Source: Eledone cirrhosa (Eukaryota). Taken from it: 64,000 nt of DNA. The notes beneath the pieces were generated by a model, which was given only the letters and a program-made list of their open reading frames with translations, had not been told where the DNA came from and did not search any database. Made by a program: the position numbers and the translations under genes. The stretch covers positions 15,500,001 to 15,564,000 of the forward strand of contig OZ024750.1 in assembly GCA_964016885.1 (NCBI GenBank), in the 5' to 3' direction. Below, one piece after another: positions 12,334-28,300 of this stretch (position 1 is its first letter; the number at the start of each line of letters is the position of its first letter).

Positions 12334-15300
12334 TTATTTGAATTTTGTCAAAGAATAAAAATGTTCCCGCCGAGGTTAACTTTGCCTTTCATCCTTACGT
12401 GGTCGATAAATAAAGTACCAGTAATTGCTGGCCTTGTGCCAAAAGTAGAAACATTATAAATATAATGTCGTTAACAACATGTTCACCGATGAAAGTATTT
12501 GAAGAACGGAAATATTTTATTGTATTTATTTATTTTATCTTCACATTTTGATAAAATAAGTATTTATATTCTCGATTATATCATTGATATCCTTCCATAC
12601 TTTAGGTAGATGACAATTAATCGATTATATCAATTGTGTCATCAAAGTAAATCAAGCTGTGGTCGACCGCACCGTATTTTCTTTAGAGATGTGTCACTCG
12701 GGATAGAGCGATAGAAAATGGATTCGTGAATGCTAATTTCTAACAAATCAAGCGACTATATAAAGGCCCCTTAGCTCTTAGTCGATTCGTTATGTAGGTA
12801 AATTTTTACAATTTGCCGTTATATAATTATTTAGCTATTAGATATCAACAAAATAAATACGAAAGTGTTTCTAACAGGTAGAATGAGTTGTATTTAAAAG
12901 CAGTCATTGTCTACTTTCGCCACTTGACTGTGTTATTATGACCTAATATCTAGAGTTATCTCCCTTTATACAGAGGTCGCATGAATCACCCTTCAGTCTG
13001 ATCATATACATGGATACTCTACCATGCATGTGGTGCTGGCCCAATATTGAAACTACAGCTTCTGCTCTCATTAAATCACTCCCAGTAAGTTTATATTTTT
13101 ACTTTACAAAGTCCTTTTTCATTTATCTATCTCTTTATATATATATCATACTAGTATGAGATCAAGTACACAGATAAAAATAATATTAATATATTCTAAT
13201 TTTACGTAAGAGTTTTTTTTCTTCTTTCTATGTAATGAATATCGTGGTGTTATTCGTTAAATAATTACTGTAATAAATATTTTCTTATGGAGGTGTTGGT
13301 ATTAGCTGTGCTACATCTCTAAATATTCTATATTTTAAAAGCCATCGGTTTCACTAGCGTTGTTATTAGCAAGGTTAAAATAGATTATTTTCTTGTCGTT
13401 AAGTTTCCATGACTTATTTATACTATTTTCCTTGATTATTTCTTACTAATGGCTCTAATCAGATAGAAAATAAAGACATAATTGAAGAATCTGAATCCCT
13501 TTCTCGATCAAATGTAACCTCAGATTCGTCTTTTTTTGTACTTTGTGGCTCCTTACGTAAATTAATATATCACCTACTAATGAAAAAAAATCGAAAGTTT
13601 AGAAGAAATACATTATATAATTTTTGTATATATTCTTTTACTGGTTTTAGTCAATAGACTGTGGTCATGTTGGCGCACCTAGTCAATTAAACCTCCGAAC
13701 CCCACCCTACTTATATATTTCATCGACCTCGGGAGACTAAAATAGTTATTGTATAACGTGCCAACCAAGCGACCTGCTAGAAATTGCAGATAAATCTCCT
13801 TCAAACAAAACATCCCACCGGCTTGGACAAGTACACATTAGTTTAAAGGACACATTAGTTAACATAGTCCTAGATATCCATTGAAATGATGGGATGGGAT
13901 GGTTACGACTGGATTGTCTTTGATCATAAAGTCTGTTCGATCTAGGTCGAAATAATAACTAATTAATTACACCGTAAATATTATAGATAGCTATGTATAA
14001 GCCTAATACATTAAATCAGAAGTTTGCTGATCGATATTTATGGCAAATGTTCTAGTACAATCATTTATTTAACCAATCGTTCGTTACTTTAATACCGATT
14101 TGCTATTTAAAAGCGGAAGCAGTCCACCCATTTTGGGATTTTCCTTATTTGTGCGTCATACCTAAACAATTACAAATTAAACTATAGTAACTTTCCATTA
14201 ACACATTTTTAATCTCTCTTCCCGTTTGGATCTTATTGATGAAATTTTCACAAAAATACGATAAGAAACTAACAAGACTGACGAACTGATTGACTGGCAG
14301 ATGGATGGATCGATAAGTTGACTAGCAGATGGATAGATCGATCTATAGATAGGCTGTCAAATGGATGGACAGTCTTGTTACGTTCGTTCTTAATGTCGTA
14401 TCCAGCTGGGTGCATGTGACCGCTCCTACCTTATTCCATGCATTAACCTTCTTCTAACCAAATCTAACGATGTCTCCGAGCTATTATGGAAATGTCTATT
14501 TATCGTTATACACCATCTCTTTATACACCCATGTCTTCTTTGCCGTTTTCACTTCTTTTGACAAAGGAAAAACTAACGGTATGACATGAATTAAATGTTC
14601 CTCAGATAATTAACACTCTTATTTAGCGATAAAATTAAGATTCTTTTCTATAAAACATATGCATAAGTGGAAGACATTATGAAACCAGCCAACGCACTAC
14701 CCGCGAGAAATAGCAGCCAAATGCCAAGAAATATTACTCTGTTGTAATAAATAAATGTAGTCTGCGGCCTAAATAAAAGACGGTATGGTTTCAAACCATA
14801 AATCTACTCATTCGAGGCTAAACGACAAACTATAACAAGGAATTATTTACTATATTTTTCCTGTAAAAATAAAAAAAAAACATGAATAGATCTTGCGTTT
14901 TAAATTAGACTCGGGAATCTAATTACGTTCGTAAAATACGTATATAAAAGCTAAAGGAATTGCCTCGTACTACTATATACGTTTTAATTTGTTATCGCAA
15001 AGTCACCTCCGATCGAACAGATATGTATTTAAAATCGTTCCAGTCGCGACTATCTCGTATTTTAAAAAAAATATTTTTAGACTACATTGTCTAATGTTTC
15101 CTTCCTTTTTTTTTTTTTTTTAGATATGTAATTTGGAGAAATTTAGCTGCTATTACTAGCAAGTTGAGCAATCAATAAATGTACCCTGGTGGCTCGTTTA
15201 TATTTTAATTTATTATTCTGGCACACACCCACACAAGTTGATATTTATAGATTCAAAATGAAAAGCATGCAAACAAAAAGAAGCCCCTCCCCATATATAT

Positions 15301-16022
15301 ATATATATATATTTATAATGCATATATGTGTATAATGTGTATATATATATATATAATGTATGTGTGTAACAGGGAAAACGGGTGTTAAATTATGGTAAAT
15401 CAGAAATATATGAACGGAAAAGAAGAGTACCCTCATACATATAGTAGAATATGTTTATTTTAGACGTTAGTTCTATAAATAATAAAATAAAACTAACGTG
15501 GAAGATAAATAATAAACAGTTTATAGAAATTTATTTTAAACTTGCTCATAATTTGGTTGTATCTATTAGAGAAGCTTCTTATTTACACAACTATGTTAAC
15601 TACTAAGAAATAATCAATTTGAAATATGAGAGGCCTGACATATAATAATAGAGAAAACCACCCTCTTCTGAGCAATTAATATATTATTTAACCGAAACTC
15701 TTCTATTTTTATTTCCGTCCGTCGAGGAAATAACATCACACGTCCGGCAGCCCCCTGTATCAGGAAAAGTAAACCTTTTCCAAATCTAAAGGTTTTTTTA
15801 AAAAATAATATTTCATTGTTTTATAGGTTTACCGTTTAAGAAGCTCATGCTGTCATAACTGAGAGTCCTCAGTGAAATGTACATTACCAATTTTAATAAA
15901 CCAAATGAATATGGCCTAGGATGTTTATTGATATATATGTATATATATATATATATCAATAAAAATTCCAGGCCATATTCATTTGGTTTTGGTTTATTAA
16001 AAATTTGTAATGTATATTTCAT

Positions 16023-16070
<48 letters not shown>

Positions 16071-16989
16071 ATACAATAACAGAGATAGCTTAAAGCTAAA
16101 CTCCGACTGGTAACCATCTCACTCAACAAACATTAGGTTATATGTTAGTATAAACCCAATTTAAGTGTTTGGGGTGTTAACTATATGTATTTTGTGGAAA
16201 GCCAGTTGTATTATTTTATGAGATATAATTAAAGTTAAAATATATATATAGGTTTCAGTTATTATACTGCGGACTTGCTGTTACTCCGCCTATTAGGGTT
16301 TTAGTTGATCAAATCGACCCTGTATTTGTTTCAACCTGGCACTTAATTTATCAGATAGCCTATTTATCTTTTTGATTCAACACCGGTTTATTGTTTAACC
16401 GGTCATGCTGTAAAATATATACAAACAAACAAACATATGTTTGCATGCTTTAGCCCTCAACTCCTGATGGAGTCGTAGGCTGTGTACCAGTTTTCTGCGA
16501 CAGTCGCTAATTTGTGCCGCTGTCCCACAGACATTCTATACCCCCCCCCCCCTGCTTCTTCTACTGTTTTTAAAATGGACATCAGTCCTCCGAGCTTGCT
16601 GGGCTTTTGCCACCTCTACTCAGCCACTCAAAGTCACTACACACACACATATTTATATGTGTATTTACGTGTGTTTATGTATCTGATAGCACAACACATA
16701 CTTAACAACCCAGTCTATTTGTGTATGAGATACAGACATAGAGGATGTTGCAAGGATGAAAGCATTTAGGACATCTGCGCTCCCCTCATTTTTTTAAATC
16801 TTACTTTTAATTGTGTTCCATACATTTCCAGAATTATCATCCATGTGTAACAGGCGAAGAAAAATCCAATGCTAGTACATAACTTGTTGAAGGAATAAGG
16901 CATATTTAGCTTCTTCACCAAATCATAACAAAGCTATATTTATGAATTATATCCATACACACACACACATCATCATCGTCATCATTTTA

Positions 16990-18500
16990 TGTCTGTTTAT
17001 CCTTGCCCCTTAGAGTTAAATAAGTCCTCTCTAAAACAGCATCCCTCCACATGTCTCTCAATTATCATCTCATTTGTGAGGTGTAGTTTCTTATGATCAG
17101 CTTTCACTGCCTCTGCCTGCATCTTCCTTGGCCTTCCTCTTTCATGACTTCCTTCCACTTGGAATTCATTGTGCTTCTTCATCCATATATATCAAATGAC
17201 CACACCAATCTTCTCCCCTGCATGCAACATTCGATTCCTCTTATGTCCAGTTTTCCTCAGCTCATATCTACATTAATGTAGATATGAGCTGAGGAACACT
17301 AACATTACACATCCAATGGAGCATATTCGATTCATTTCTCTCCAGTCTTCACATCTCTTGCATTTACTGCCCATGATTTGCTGCCCATGTAGCATCACAC
17401 TTTTCATACAGGTATCTTACAATGTACTCTTCACACACACAGTGAATCCTTTTGTCAACAGAGCTCATAAATCCCTGAAGTTTCCCCACCTTGTTCATAT
17501 TCTAGCTACTATGCTTTCAGAACAGCCTCCCCCACAACTAATTAAGTTACCTAAGTAACAGAAGCTATCAACTACTTCTATGGTGACTCCACTGGATTGG
17601 AAAATATTTATTTCGCTGGTGTTTTTGTTACCAACTATTCCTGCGCATCTGCCACATACAAAATCTACATTTTCTATTAGTCTTTCTACAAGCCCACTAT
17701 ACCTCTTGTGTGCTCATATTACATTCTGTACATTTTATAAGGTTCCTATGTACTCCATTTCTAAATATCCAGCAGGACCATTTTCTTGGTGATATTAGGC
17801 TTTGTCTTGTTTCCTACATATGAAAACTGACATTTGTTAGGTTTCCTCTGTGCTTTTTTGATTCTAACTTTAGCTTCCATAACTGGAATTTGTTTCTTTA
17901 GATCCTCCACAGATTTGGTTATAAGAACTAGGACACCAGCATACAGAAATTCCTATGGACAACCAATCTTAAACCCCTCTATAATGGTCTGGAACACTAT
18001 AGTAAACAGAAGGGGCTTAGAAACCAAACCTTGTTGCACTCTTACACACTAAATGCATTGAATGTATTACCAACTCTCACTTTTCTGATAGCATCTCTGA
18101 AGATGGCTTGCGCTACTCTCACAAGCCATTTATCTATGTCTAACTTTCTTAAGGCCCACACCAAACTAATGAACACAGTATTCTGTCAAAGCTTTCTCCA
18201 GATCAACAAATGCTTGATATAATGGTTTACTCTTGACTAGTAGCTGTCTCACCAAAAATAAGGCATCACTTGTACTACTTCCTTTCAGGAATCATGTAGC
18301 CTAATTCTATTCTTAATCAATTGTGTTAGAACTTTCTCCATTACCTTCAAAACCTGATCCATCAGTTTGATACCTTTACCCTTGTAGCAGATAATAGTGA
18401 TACTGCTATGCCAATCATTGTGTATGACACCATTATATATTACCTGGCTGACTAGCTCAAGCCTTATTTCGACATATTTTCAGCTTTTCCAATCTATCCT
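16990..18500 (-). mobile_element. Decayed RTE-type LINE
   Basis: FQVEGSHERGRPRK C-terminus and RT remnants (DLEKA; LYA..LVL; VDSFCYLG). Homologous to 22395-23610. Confidence 0.75.
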
Positions 18501-18777
18501 TAATGGTCTCTTTAACCAAATAAGTGTTGACCACAAGAGCTGGTCCCTTTGTTGATCCTATTAACAGTAGTTCCCTTCTCCACAATTTTATTTCTCAGCT
18601 TTTGAGGTTGATTGTGGCAACTCTGAAAGATGGTACCTGGCATTGATTGGGATGTTCTTAGTTGTCTTGTGTTCTGGACTTGAAATAAAGATTGTGAATG
18701 TTTTATGATGATCAAATGATCTTTGTACATGGCTTGATGTTTAGTCATCCCATGACTGTGCACAGCACTAATATGGC

Positions 18778-18809
<32 letters not shown>

Positions 18810-19592
18810 TACATGTTTATGTTTATGTTTGTGTGATTGTATTTACTTTTTCAACACTCACGGAAAAAACAGTTCTGTTTGTGTACGTCCTGTAACTGTC
18901 ATTAACCTTATACAACAAACAAAGAGAAAACAATACTATATTTGGACACGAATGACAACATTTCAGAACTCTTTTGTCACATTTTAGCACTGGTTTCACA
19001 TACACATATATATATACACATAAATATACATATATATATATATATATCATCATCATTTAACATCCATTTTCCACGCTAGCATGGGTTAGACAGTACATAC
19101 ACATATATATAATACAGAAGACCCACGTTCCCTACGTGCAAAGTTAACTTGTCAGTAGGCCCCTCCAAACCAAACATACAGCCTAATCCACTACACCTAC
19201 TCCACCCTTCCAATCCCACCAACACCACCCCTTCCATATAAGGTTATGTTGGTACCACAACATCCAGTCCAAACTAATGAGACTGTAGGTGTTATGACAA
19301 AAAAAAACCACAGTCCACGCTTTAATGTGGTCATGTAGGTGTCACAACAAAAAAAAGGTGGGGGGGACAGTCCACACTAATGTGGCCATGTAGGTAATAG
19401 AGTAAAAAGCTCCCAGTCCACACTGTTAATGTGGTTCGTGTTAGGAAGGGCATCCAACCGTAGAAAACCTGCCAGATAGTCCTATATGAGCGAGATACGG
19501 TCACCCAACCAATCTTGCCTCAAAAGGGACAACTCCCATCTAACCCATGCTAGCGTGGAAGATAGACGTTAAACGATGATGATGATGGTGAT

Positions 19593-19634
<42 letters not shown>

Positions 19635-21566
19635 ATCATCATCATCTTCATCATCATCATCATCATCATCATCTGTTTATATTTCAAATGCTGTTAGAGT
19701 AGGCTTTGACTTGACATAAAACCAAATACTTAAATACTAGAAGTTAAATAATGCCCTGACATATCTGCCAGTTCATATAATAATAATATTGTCATGCTAG
19801 TAATGTGACAGTAATGCTAGACTAGCTGACTAAAATGTCTTGAGATATTTAGTTTTGACCTTCTACCTTCTAAAATCAAATTCTACCATGACTCCATATA
19901 TTTTATAAAATGTCACTTCAAATAACTATAACTCTCCCTGAAATAAATATTTCATTTCATAAGGAATCATAACTTCAAGACAAATCTCATATTTCAAATA
20001 ACTTATTTCTTTAACTCTTAACATCCTGTAAATGATTTAGTAGAAAATATCTAAAAACAGGTTTAATTCAGATGTTTATAGTATCTTTACTAGTGGACAT
20101 AGACAGCTTTTTGTGAAAATGTGTAGTATTAGAGTAAAGATCTGATTTCGTAGTGTTATGCAGTCATAATGCTGTTTTGTTTTTTACACTCCAAGAATAT
20201 CTTGCATATACAATTTCATGTGGGACATCTGTTAAGAGTTAATGAGGGTTAAAGGACTAGAAACTTTCAAAATATTTATATACAAATCATATGAAGGTTA
20301 ATTGGCCTTAATTTTCTTATGTTCTATTTTCACTGTTTACATTCTGGGAGACTAATGAGGTTTGTGAATAAATACAGATTAAGCAACTATTGTTGTTCCC
20401 ACTGTTGTGTAGCCCCAAGCCAGCTCTGATTGAGCTCACAAGTAGTCGGCCAAACAATTAGATGTGACCCATATATCTAGTCTGCTGGATGGATAGACCC
20501 TGCTTCTGCCTAGCTAAGACCCATACTACACATTTCAACTTGCTCTGTAACAGTTTTAGCATGGCTTCTCTCCACTGTATGCCTGTAGATGAGTTTTCTC
20601 CATTTAGTTGTTCTGTAGTGGATACAGGCAAGTTTGGCTTGGTGAGAATATGAGTAAAAAAAAAGAACCTCTTTGTGGCTATTTGACTTTCTAATTAGCA
20701 GCCAAATTCCCTTCAAATTTTACTAATCATCTTGTATATATGAACCTGTAATTTTTGATGGAGCCACAGGGTTGTCATAATGACATGCAGTCTGCCTTAG
20801 GCTTTTTTTAAACATGGAAGAGTCTATCTCCTCTCCATGTTTGAACACACCCGATTTCTTCCAGAGGTGAGAGAGAAAGTGAAAAAGAAATATAGAGGAA
20901 GAAATGACCTCAGTACTGGACTGGTACATTTTTATTGACCTCGAAAGAGTGAAAAGCAAAGAGAGTCAGAACAAATGCCACAAAGCATTCTATCGAATTT
21001 GCTGCTTATACCCATCATCTTAAAAGTGGATAAATATACTGGCTAAGGTAATCCTGAATATAATATGCCAGAAAAGTATATTGGATTGTCAAAGCTTCAA
21101 TGCTATATAATTTCTGTGTACAGAAACATATATAAAACCACTATTTTACAATTATGCATTGTTCCTATCAATAATTATATAACTAGCAAAAGACAGCTAA
21201 CAGTAAACATATATAACATGTATATATAACTGCTTCTTCATTGAAGATCATAACATACAGGTGATGTAATGATTATTTCACAAACAACTTGATACAGTTA
21301 GGAAACTGGTCTGTCCAGTTATGAGTAATTGCGTGTAGGAGTCCCACACCACCTTTCAATGTCGTTAAATACATAGTTAGTTCAATGTCATTTTACATTC
21401 TTCTCAGTGCTAAGGTGGAGCTAGCAAATAATAAACTAATTAATATGGTGAGACAGACGGGAATTCCAGCTATGGTTTCAGAAATTCTTCTTTTCTTTTT
21501 GTGTGTGTGCTATTATGGTACTGATTTACATAATACAGAATCTGTGTCCTTTTATCTATCTATCTG

Positions 21567-21620
<54 letters not shown>

Positions 21621-22394
21621 TTAATCAAACTCAAATGATTTACTGGTATCCTGTGGATGTGTAGTTCTGTTTCCATTTGCCTGCTGCTAATTCACCCTCT
21701 ACTATGTAATAGGTACATGCCTATTAATGTACGTACCTTCGTTGTTATATAATCATCTCTTAACACCATTGAAATTGTATAACATTTATTTGTAACTATG
21801 TTGTGTATAAAGTAAGTCAGAGTTGAAGCGGATGTAGTGGATAATTTTAGCTGGAAAATATTGGGTTTAAGATGATGATATGTGTGTGTTTGGGTGAGAG
21901 TTGTATGTAACAAATACTGTACAATATTTTTTTTTTAGATCTAACTGATCAATTTTCTATCCTGTTTTCATATTCATGTTTATAGCTCTTTCTCTTTCTT
22001 ACTATTATTATATCAGAAATCCCGCCGAGGTTGACTTTGCCTTTCATCCTTACGGGGTCGATAAAATAAAGTACCAGTAATGCACTGGGTAATTGCTGGC
22101 CCTGTGCCTAAAGTAGAAATAATTATATCAGTTATAACTCTTTAGTAAAGCATTAACTTTCACCAAAAGCATTCCTTGAAATATTTATGATGTAGGACTC
22201 TTATGATAACTGAATGAGCAATTAAAGATTTATGACACTTCTCTATAAAAGGTAGGGATATAAAAATAAAATGTGTATTTTCAAATATGTACAGACATTC
22301 ACATATCTATGTATATGTGTATATATATTTGTATGTGTGTGTATGTATATATATATATTGATGTATGTATATACACATAATGTCCATTTTATAT

Positions 22395-23610
22395 GCCATC
22401 ATCATACATCCGTTTTTTCATGCTTCCCTTCACAGTTTTCTTCCACTGGGATTTCTTGGCATTTCTTCACCCAAAGATTATCATCCATATGCATTACATG
22501 TCCATATCAGTACAGTCTTCTCTCTTGCACACTGCATCTGATTCCTCTTATGCTCCATTATTTTCAAAGTTCATTCATACACAATAACATCACATAAACA
22601 TTGAAGTATGCTCAATGTCATGCAACATCACATATCACACAGCCATCATGCAATTGTCCTTTCATTTATAGAAAGAAACTTCTTTTATATCAACATCGGT
22701 TGTAGCTCCCTGAACTTTTTCTATCCTGTTCTACTAATTTACTATGCTTTGAGATCAACCTCCTCTACTGCTGATTAGGTCATCTGGTTAACAGAAGCTA
22801 TCAACTACTTCTATGGAACCTTCCCAGGATTAGAAAAAGTTTATTTCTCTGATGTTATTACTACCGCTATCCCTGTACAATTGCCATATTCAAAGTCTCC
22901 CTTTTCTTGAGCACCCAAAATTTACATTGTATATATTGTATAGAGTTTCTACCTACTCCTTATCTGTATGTTCAGTCCAGCCACTCCCTAATAGGATCAG
23001 CATCCTGTCTTCTAAAACTTTGGTTTCTGCCAACTTTACTCTAAGCTCCTTTGGTTTTAAGTTCTGTTTCCACAAACAAAATTTCTTCTAACTCTTCCAC
23101 AGATTCAGCTATAAGAACCAGGCCATCTGCATAAAGAAGTTTCCATGGACAGCTAGTCTCAAGCACATCTGTTATGGCCTGGAAAACTATAGTAAATAGG
23201 AGAGGACTGAGAATTGAGCCTTAATGAACTCCTATCAGCCCATTGAATTCCTCACTAAACCTATTACTGACTGCACCTCTGTACGTGGCTTGCACTGCTC
23301 TCACAAACCACTCATCTACACCCAGTTTCCTTAAGGACCACCATCTATTTCAGACCCACAAATGCTAATTATAGTGGTTTGGATTTAACTAGGAACTTCC
23401 TTTGAAGTTTTCTCACTAAAAGCTTGGTGTGCTGGCTTACACTTAGCTAGGAACTTCTCTTGTAGTTATCTCACCAAGAAAAAGGCATCTGTGATTCTCC
23501 TTCTTGGCACAAAGCCAAACTGCATGTCATCTAATTTGACTCTATCCTAATTAGTTATTCCAAAACCCTGTCACATTCGTAACTCAATTTTATGCTTCTG
23601 TAGTTGCTCC
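22395..23610 (-). mobile_element. Decayed RTE-type LINE
   Basis: CPWKLLYADGLVLIAES and QGSILSPLLFTIV remnants; shares acagaagctatcaactacttct with the copy above. Confidence 0.75.
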
Positions 23611-23936
23611 ATTTCATGTGTATAAATTAATGAAGAGAACAATAAATAACAAACAAAGAAAAACTGCATAGAAATAAACAACTCTTTTTATTTACTTTAC
23701 ATAAGATTAACGTAACATTACTATGTAGGCAAAGTAATAAATAAAATAAATCAAACATTAATTACAATGGAAATAATGTAATGTAGTATATGTATTGTTT
23801 TAGTGGAGGTATTAATGGATGTGAGGCCAAATGATAAATACCTTTATGAAAGCATGATTCTTTTGTATCAATGATACATAAATATTAGTGTATTGAAAAG
23901 AATCTGTTACACAAGAATTATTATTAGTGGGGAAAG

Positions 23937-24125
23937 GGCGGTGGATTGGCAGTATCGGTTGAGCATCGGACACCCTGCTTCGTAGGAAATTACGGCCCTT
24001 TACGTTCTGAGTTCAATCTGGCCAAGGTTAGCTTTGCCTGTCATCCTTTCGAGGTCAATAGGGGTTGATTTAATCGACTTTCCCCTTCCTTTCAAATTGC
24101 TGGCCTTGTGCCTAAAGTAGAAATA
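23937..24125 (+). mobile_element. SINE family A copy
   Basis: Same head and core; imperfect TSD attatt.gtggg(g)aaag. Confidence 0.8.
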
Positions 24126-25353
24126 ATTATTGGTGGGAAAGACCAGCAAAACATACAAATCCAACTGGCACAGACTTAGGAATGAGGTCTAAAGCGAGAG
24201 AGAGAGAGTGTGTGTGTGTGTTGATGGACAACAAGACAATCCCATTTCCTTAGAGTGTCCATTCCACATTACTTTAATTTCTTTTACATTTTATTTTCAT
24301 GTTTTTTTATTTACATACTAAAATAAGATTTAACTTGTTCTTTACTTACATTTTGGAAAAATATGAATATTTCATCAAATATTCTGTGACTGATATTATT
24401 TATCAACCATTTTGTTTTCTTATCAATCATTTAACCAATTTGTTTTTCAGTTAATATTCTTTGGTCCAATATTTTCTTAGCAAATGTTTCCAAATCTAAC
24501 TTATTACATGTTCCTAGCTGCTTATATGTTGGTGAATTCATCATGATCATTGTTTTTACATCTGCTTTTCCATGCTGGCACAGTTTTGACATCATCATCA
24601 TCATCGTTTAATGTCCATTTTCCATGCCATCATGGGTTAGACGAGTTGTCGCATTAGAGACAAGTTCAGTCAGGTGACCATGTCTTGCTCATATAGGACT
24701 TTCTGGCTAGATTTCTACTGCTGGATGCCCTTCCTAACGCCAACCAGATTTGCAGTGTGTGCTGGGTGCTTTTTGTTGTGACTCCTACACGACCACTTTA
24801 CAGTGACTATATTTTTCAGAATATTGATATTTGAGTATCACAGTTTATAACATTGCTTCAAATTTAATAGTTAATAATAGATAAATAACGCATTCTTTCT
24901 TGCAAATCAGACACTCAAGAGTCTGCTGAAAAGTAATCTCATATTAACACTAAATAGGTTTGTGATTTAGATAATAAGCTCTTCATTTTTGGATGCTTAA
25001 TTATATATCTTTCATAGCATATAACCTATAAACAACTTATTGATCTGTCTGTCTAGTCCATCAATGTTTCTGTTTGTCTGTTTTAGATGAGTTTATTTTT
25101 TTTTATTTTTTTTTATTGTTGTTGTTTAAACTTGTGGTCAGTTCTGATCACGAGATTGTATAGTCCAAGACACTTCAAATATGACCATGCCATCTTTATA
25201 GAGCTATCTGGGACTACATTATCTACCGTGACATCTAAGACAATAAGATATGACCTAAGATTTAATTGTGTCTACTTACAAGTTTAACAACCATGAAGAG
25301 TTATATTTATAAGAGAGAAGAGAAAGCATAAATGTTTATAAATGCATGCCTTC

Positions 25354-25385
<32 letters not shown>

Positions 25386-28300
25386 CATCATCATCATCAT
25401 TGTTTAACGTCCATTTTCTATACTGACATGGGTAGGACGGGCTGTCCCTTTGTGAGAGAACCGTGTTTTGCTCATACAACTGATTTTGGTTTGGTTTCTA
25501 CGGCTGGATTCCCTTCCTAACGCCAAACACATTTTCAGTGTTTACGTTTATGAACATTTATGCTGTTATAAATATAACTATAAAATTATGATGGAAGGGC
25601 TTTAAAACAAACACTTTTCTATTATAAAATGAAGGGTAGTCTCAAGCTATCTGGTATCAATAAAGTTAATGTATGCTTCAGTCTAGTTTGTTAATATACT
25701 TGTTTGTTTTATGTGATGTAGTATAGCAGTGTCAAATTAATCCTGTTATTAAATCTGTTTATTTATAAATCAAAACTCTGATCATAGCCATAATAGAGAC
25801 AGGGTGGACTATGTTAGTGTTTATAAGGTGTGAAAGACAACTGACATCTGCTAATCTTATACTTGTAAGCTATCAAAATTCTGAAGTAGATCTTTCTGGT
25901 GTTGTTGATTTTTTTTTTTTTTTTTTTTTTTTTTCTTTTCTCAATTATTTGCTGTTGCTGTTGACTGAAGTAACAAACCATCTTTAAGCCTTTAGCATTT
26001 AAACCAACTGTATCCAGCCAGAATTCTCTCACATTTTTCTGTTCAAACCGACCATAACTGGCTGTTCATACTTGTTATGGTATTGTTCTCAAAATAAATA
26101 TCAAAATCTCATAGACTCGATACTATGTGAGATAATTATGTGAAATAAAGTGTTTACCATGAAAATACAATAGTAAATATTGAGTAATGTAAATGCCTAA
26201 TGGTTAAGATAATGTTATTTCTTACTATCATCATCATCTTCTTTGGAGCTGAATCATCTATTTTTTTTTTTTTTTTTTGTATTTTGATGACTTTATAAAA
26301 CTTCAGTTCAATTCCAAACACAGGAGGTATTTCTTGCATAAAGGAGGTTGCAGTACACAATGTTTTTCATTTAATATAGATTTTGCTGCTGTAGGGGTTT
26401 TTAACGGTTATTTAAGAGATGAGGTTAAATTTGAATACTTTTTATGTAATGGTGACTTTCTAGAGTAAGTCAAAGTGCCAGCGGTTATCAGTTTTTGAGT
26501 AATAGTGATCTTGTAAAATTGCTGCATAAAATTAAAAGTCTTTAGTTGCACCATATAAATGACTACAAGTTTGTGAAATCTGTAGTTATTAAATATATAG
26601 TAAATTCATCTTTTTCTACTACAAACAAGTAATCCATTTGTGTTTTTTTTTTTCACTCCGCTTTTAGAATTTTCCAGTTTTGAACTTGAATTTTATGGAG
26701 GAATTTAATCACTTTTAGACCTTTTGATACCAAACTGTCTGAAACCAATTTGATATTAAAGTTTCTATATATATATATATAAAAACCTTCCATCATAATT
26801 TTATGTAAGGACATTGCTATGTTCTAAACATCAACATTGTATTGAGAAAGTTCGTTATACTAATAAATCCTTTCAATTAAAAGGTTATTTGAAAATCTTA
26901 GGCAGTGGCTTTCATTAGAAATACAGTAAAAAAAAAGGGGGGGGGGTAATTTTGGCTGTATTGATTTTGAAAGTGTGTTTGTGTGTCTAATCTTAAAATT
27001 TATCTTTACCATAAACAATATCAAAACGACATACTGCCCCCTTTACAGAGTTATGAAATCTTCTAAGTGTTCTATTATTATCTAAGTTAGTGATAACCTG
27101 ACAACTGTTTACACTCACCTGATATAGAAGTAACACCTGTAAAAAACATTTCACTGTGGATGTTAACAACAGTAACAACAGCAACATCAACATCCGTTCA
27201 TTTTACTAGTTCAGGAAAAAAATATTGTTGAATGAATGATCAATATCATTTCAGTAAGTTCTAATTTCTTTAAATAGTCTTTCTTTCCCTTACAGTATTT
27301 CTTTCTCATTAGGTTAATGGACAATAATTGATTAATTCAGATCCTCTATGATATGGTCCCGTAACTCCTGATGGGGTTGTAGGGGCATCGTAGTGGCATA
27401 TGGTGGTTCTTGGGCATTTTAGGCCTGGTGGAGCCCATTCCTCTCCAGGTCTGAACACAGAAGATTTCTTTCAGAGAAGGATAGAGATATAGAGAAAGCA
27501 TTGACCCCAGTACAAGACTGGAATTTCTTTCTTTTTTTATTGACCTTGAATTCAGATCCAGTATCTATTAAAAGTCACACAAAGATATATAGTCCTTTTA
27601 TTACTAACTGATCCTAAACAGGCTCTGGTTCTATGTAAACAAAACCAATCATTATGTTTCAACATAATATATTAAAACTATGTTAAATTACTATCTTAGT
27701 AATGAAATAATTAATAATTTTTTAAATCACACAAAATTCTTCATTAATTAATTGAAATAGAGTATATTTTATTAGAAATACAGTCATGAAAGGATTAAGA
27801 TATATTATTTTAATGAATCCTTGCAGGTTGTAGTTGTTTAGGCCTTAATTCTGTAAACCTATGATCAAAGGCATTCCAGCTGTGATAATTACATCTCTTA
27901 GTGTATCTCAGACTATACTGTGTATTGTGTTCTTCCCCTTTTGCCTTTCAGTCTAGAGTTGTTCCCCATGAAAATATTAAATATTAACTATTGTACATTT
28001 TGCTACATGAATAATAAATTCTTGTTTGTTAAAATTGTGCGTCTTTTTTTACTTCTCTGCAGCTAATTAGGTGTATAACTCAACTGTTCAAATAGTATTT
28101 AAATACCAATTAGTCTATATGTCTCATAACAGATCAAGCTTAAATTGTATCCTCAATTAGATCAATGTTATTGTATTCTTTTATATGGCATTGACCTCAT
28201 TCTATAAAAGAACACTATTTTTATAAGTACTGTATTGTATATTCCTTTAGGTGGGTGGGAGTTGAATAAAAAATATTGGCATAATATTAAATACCTCCTC

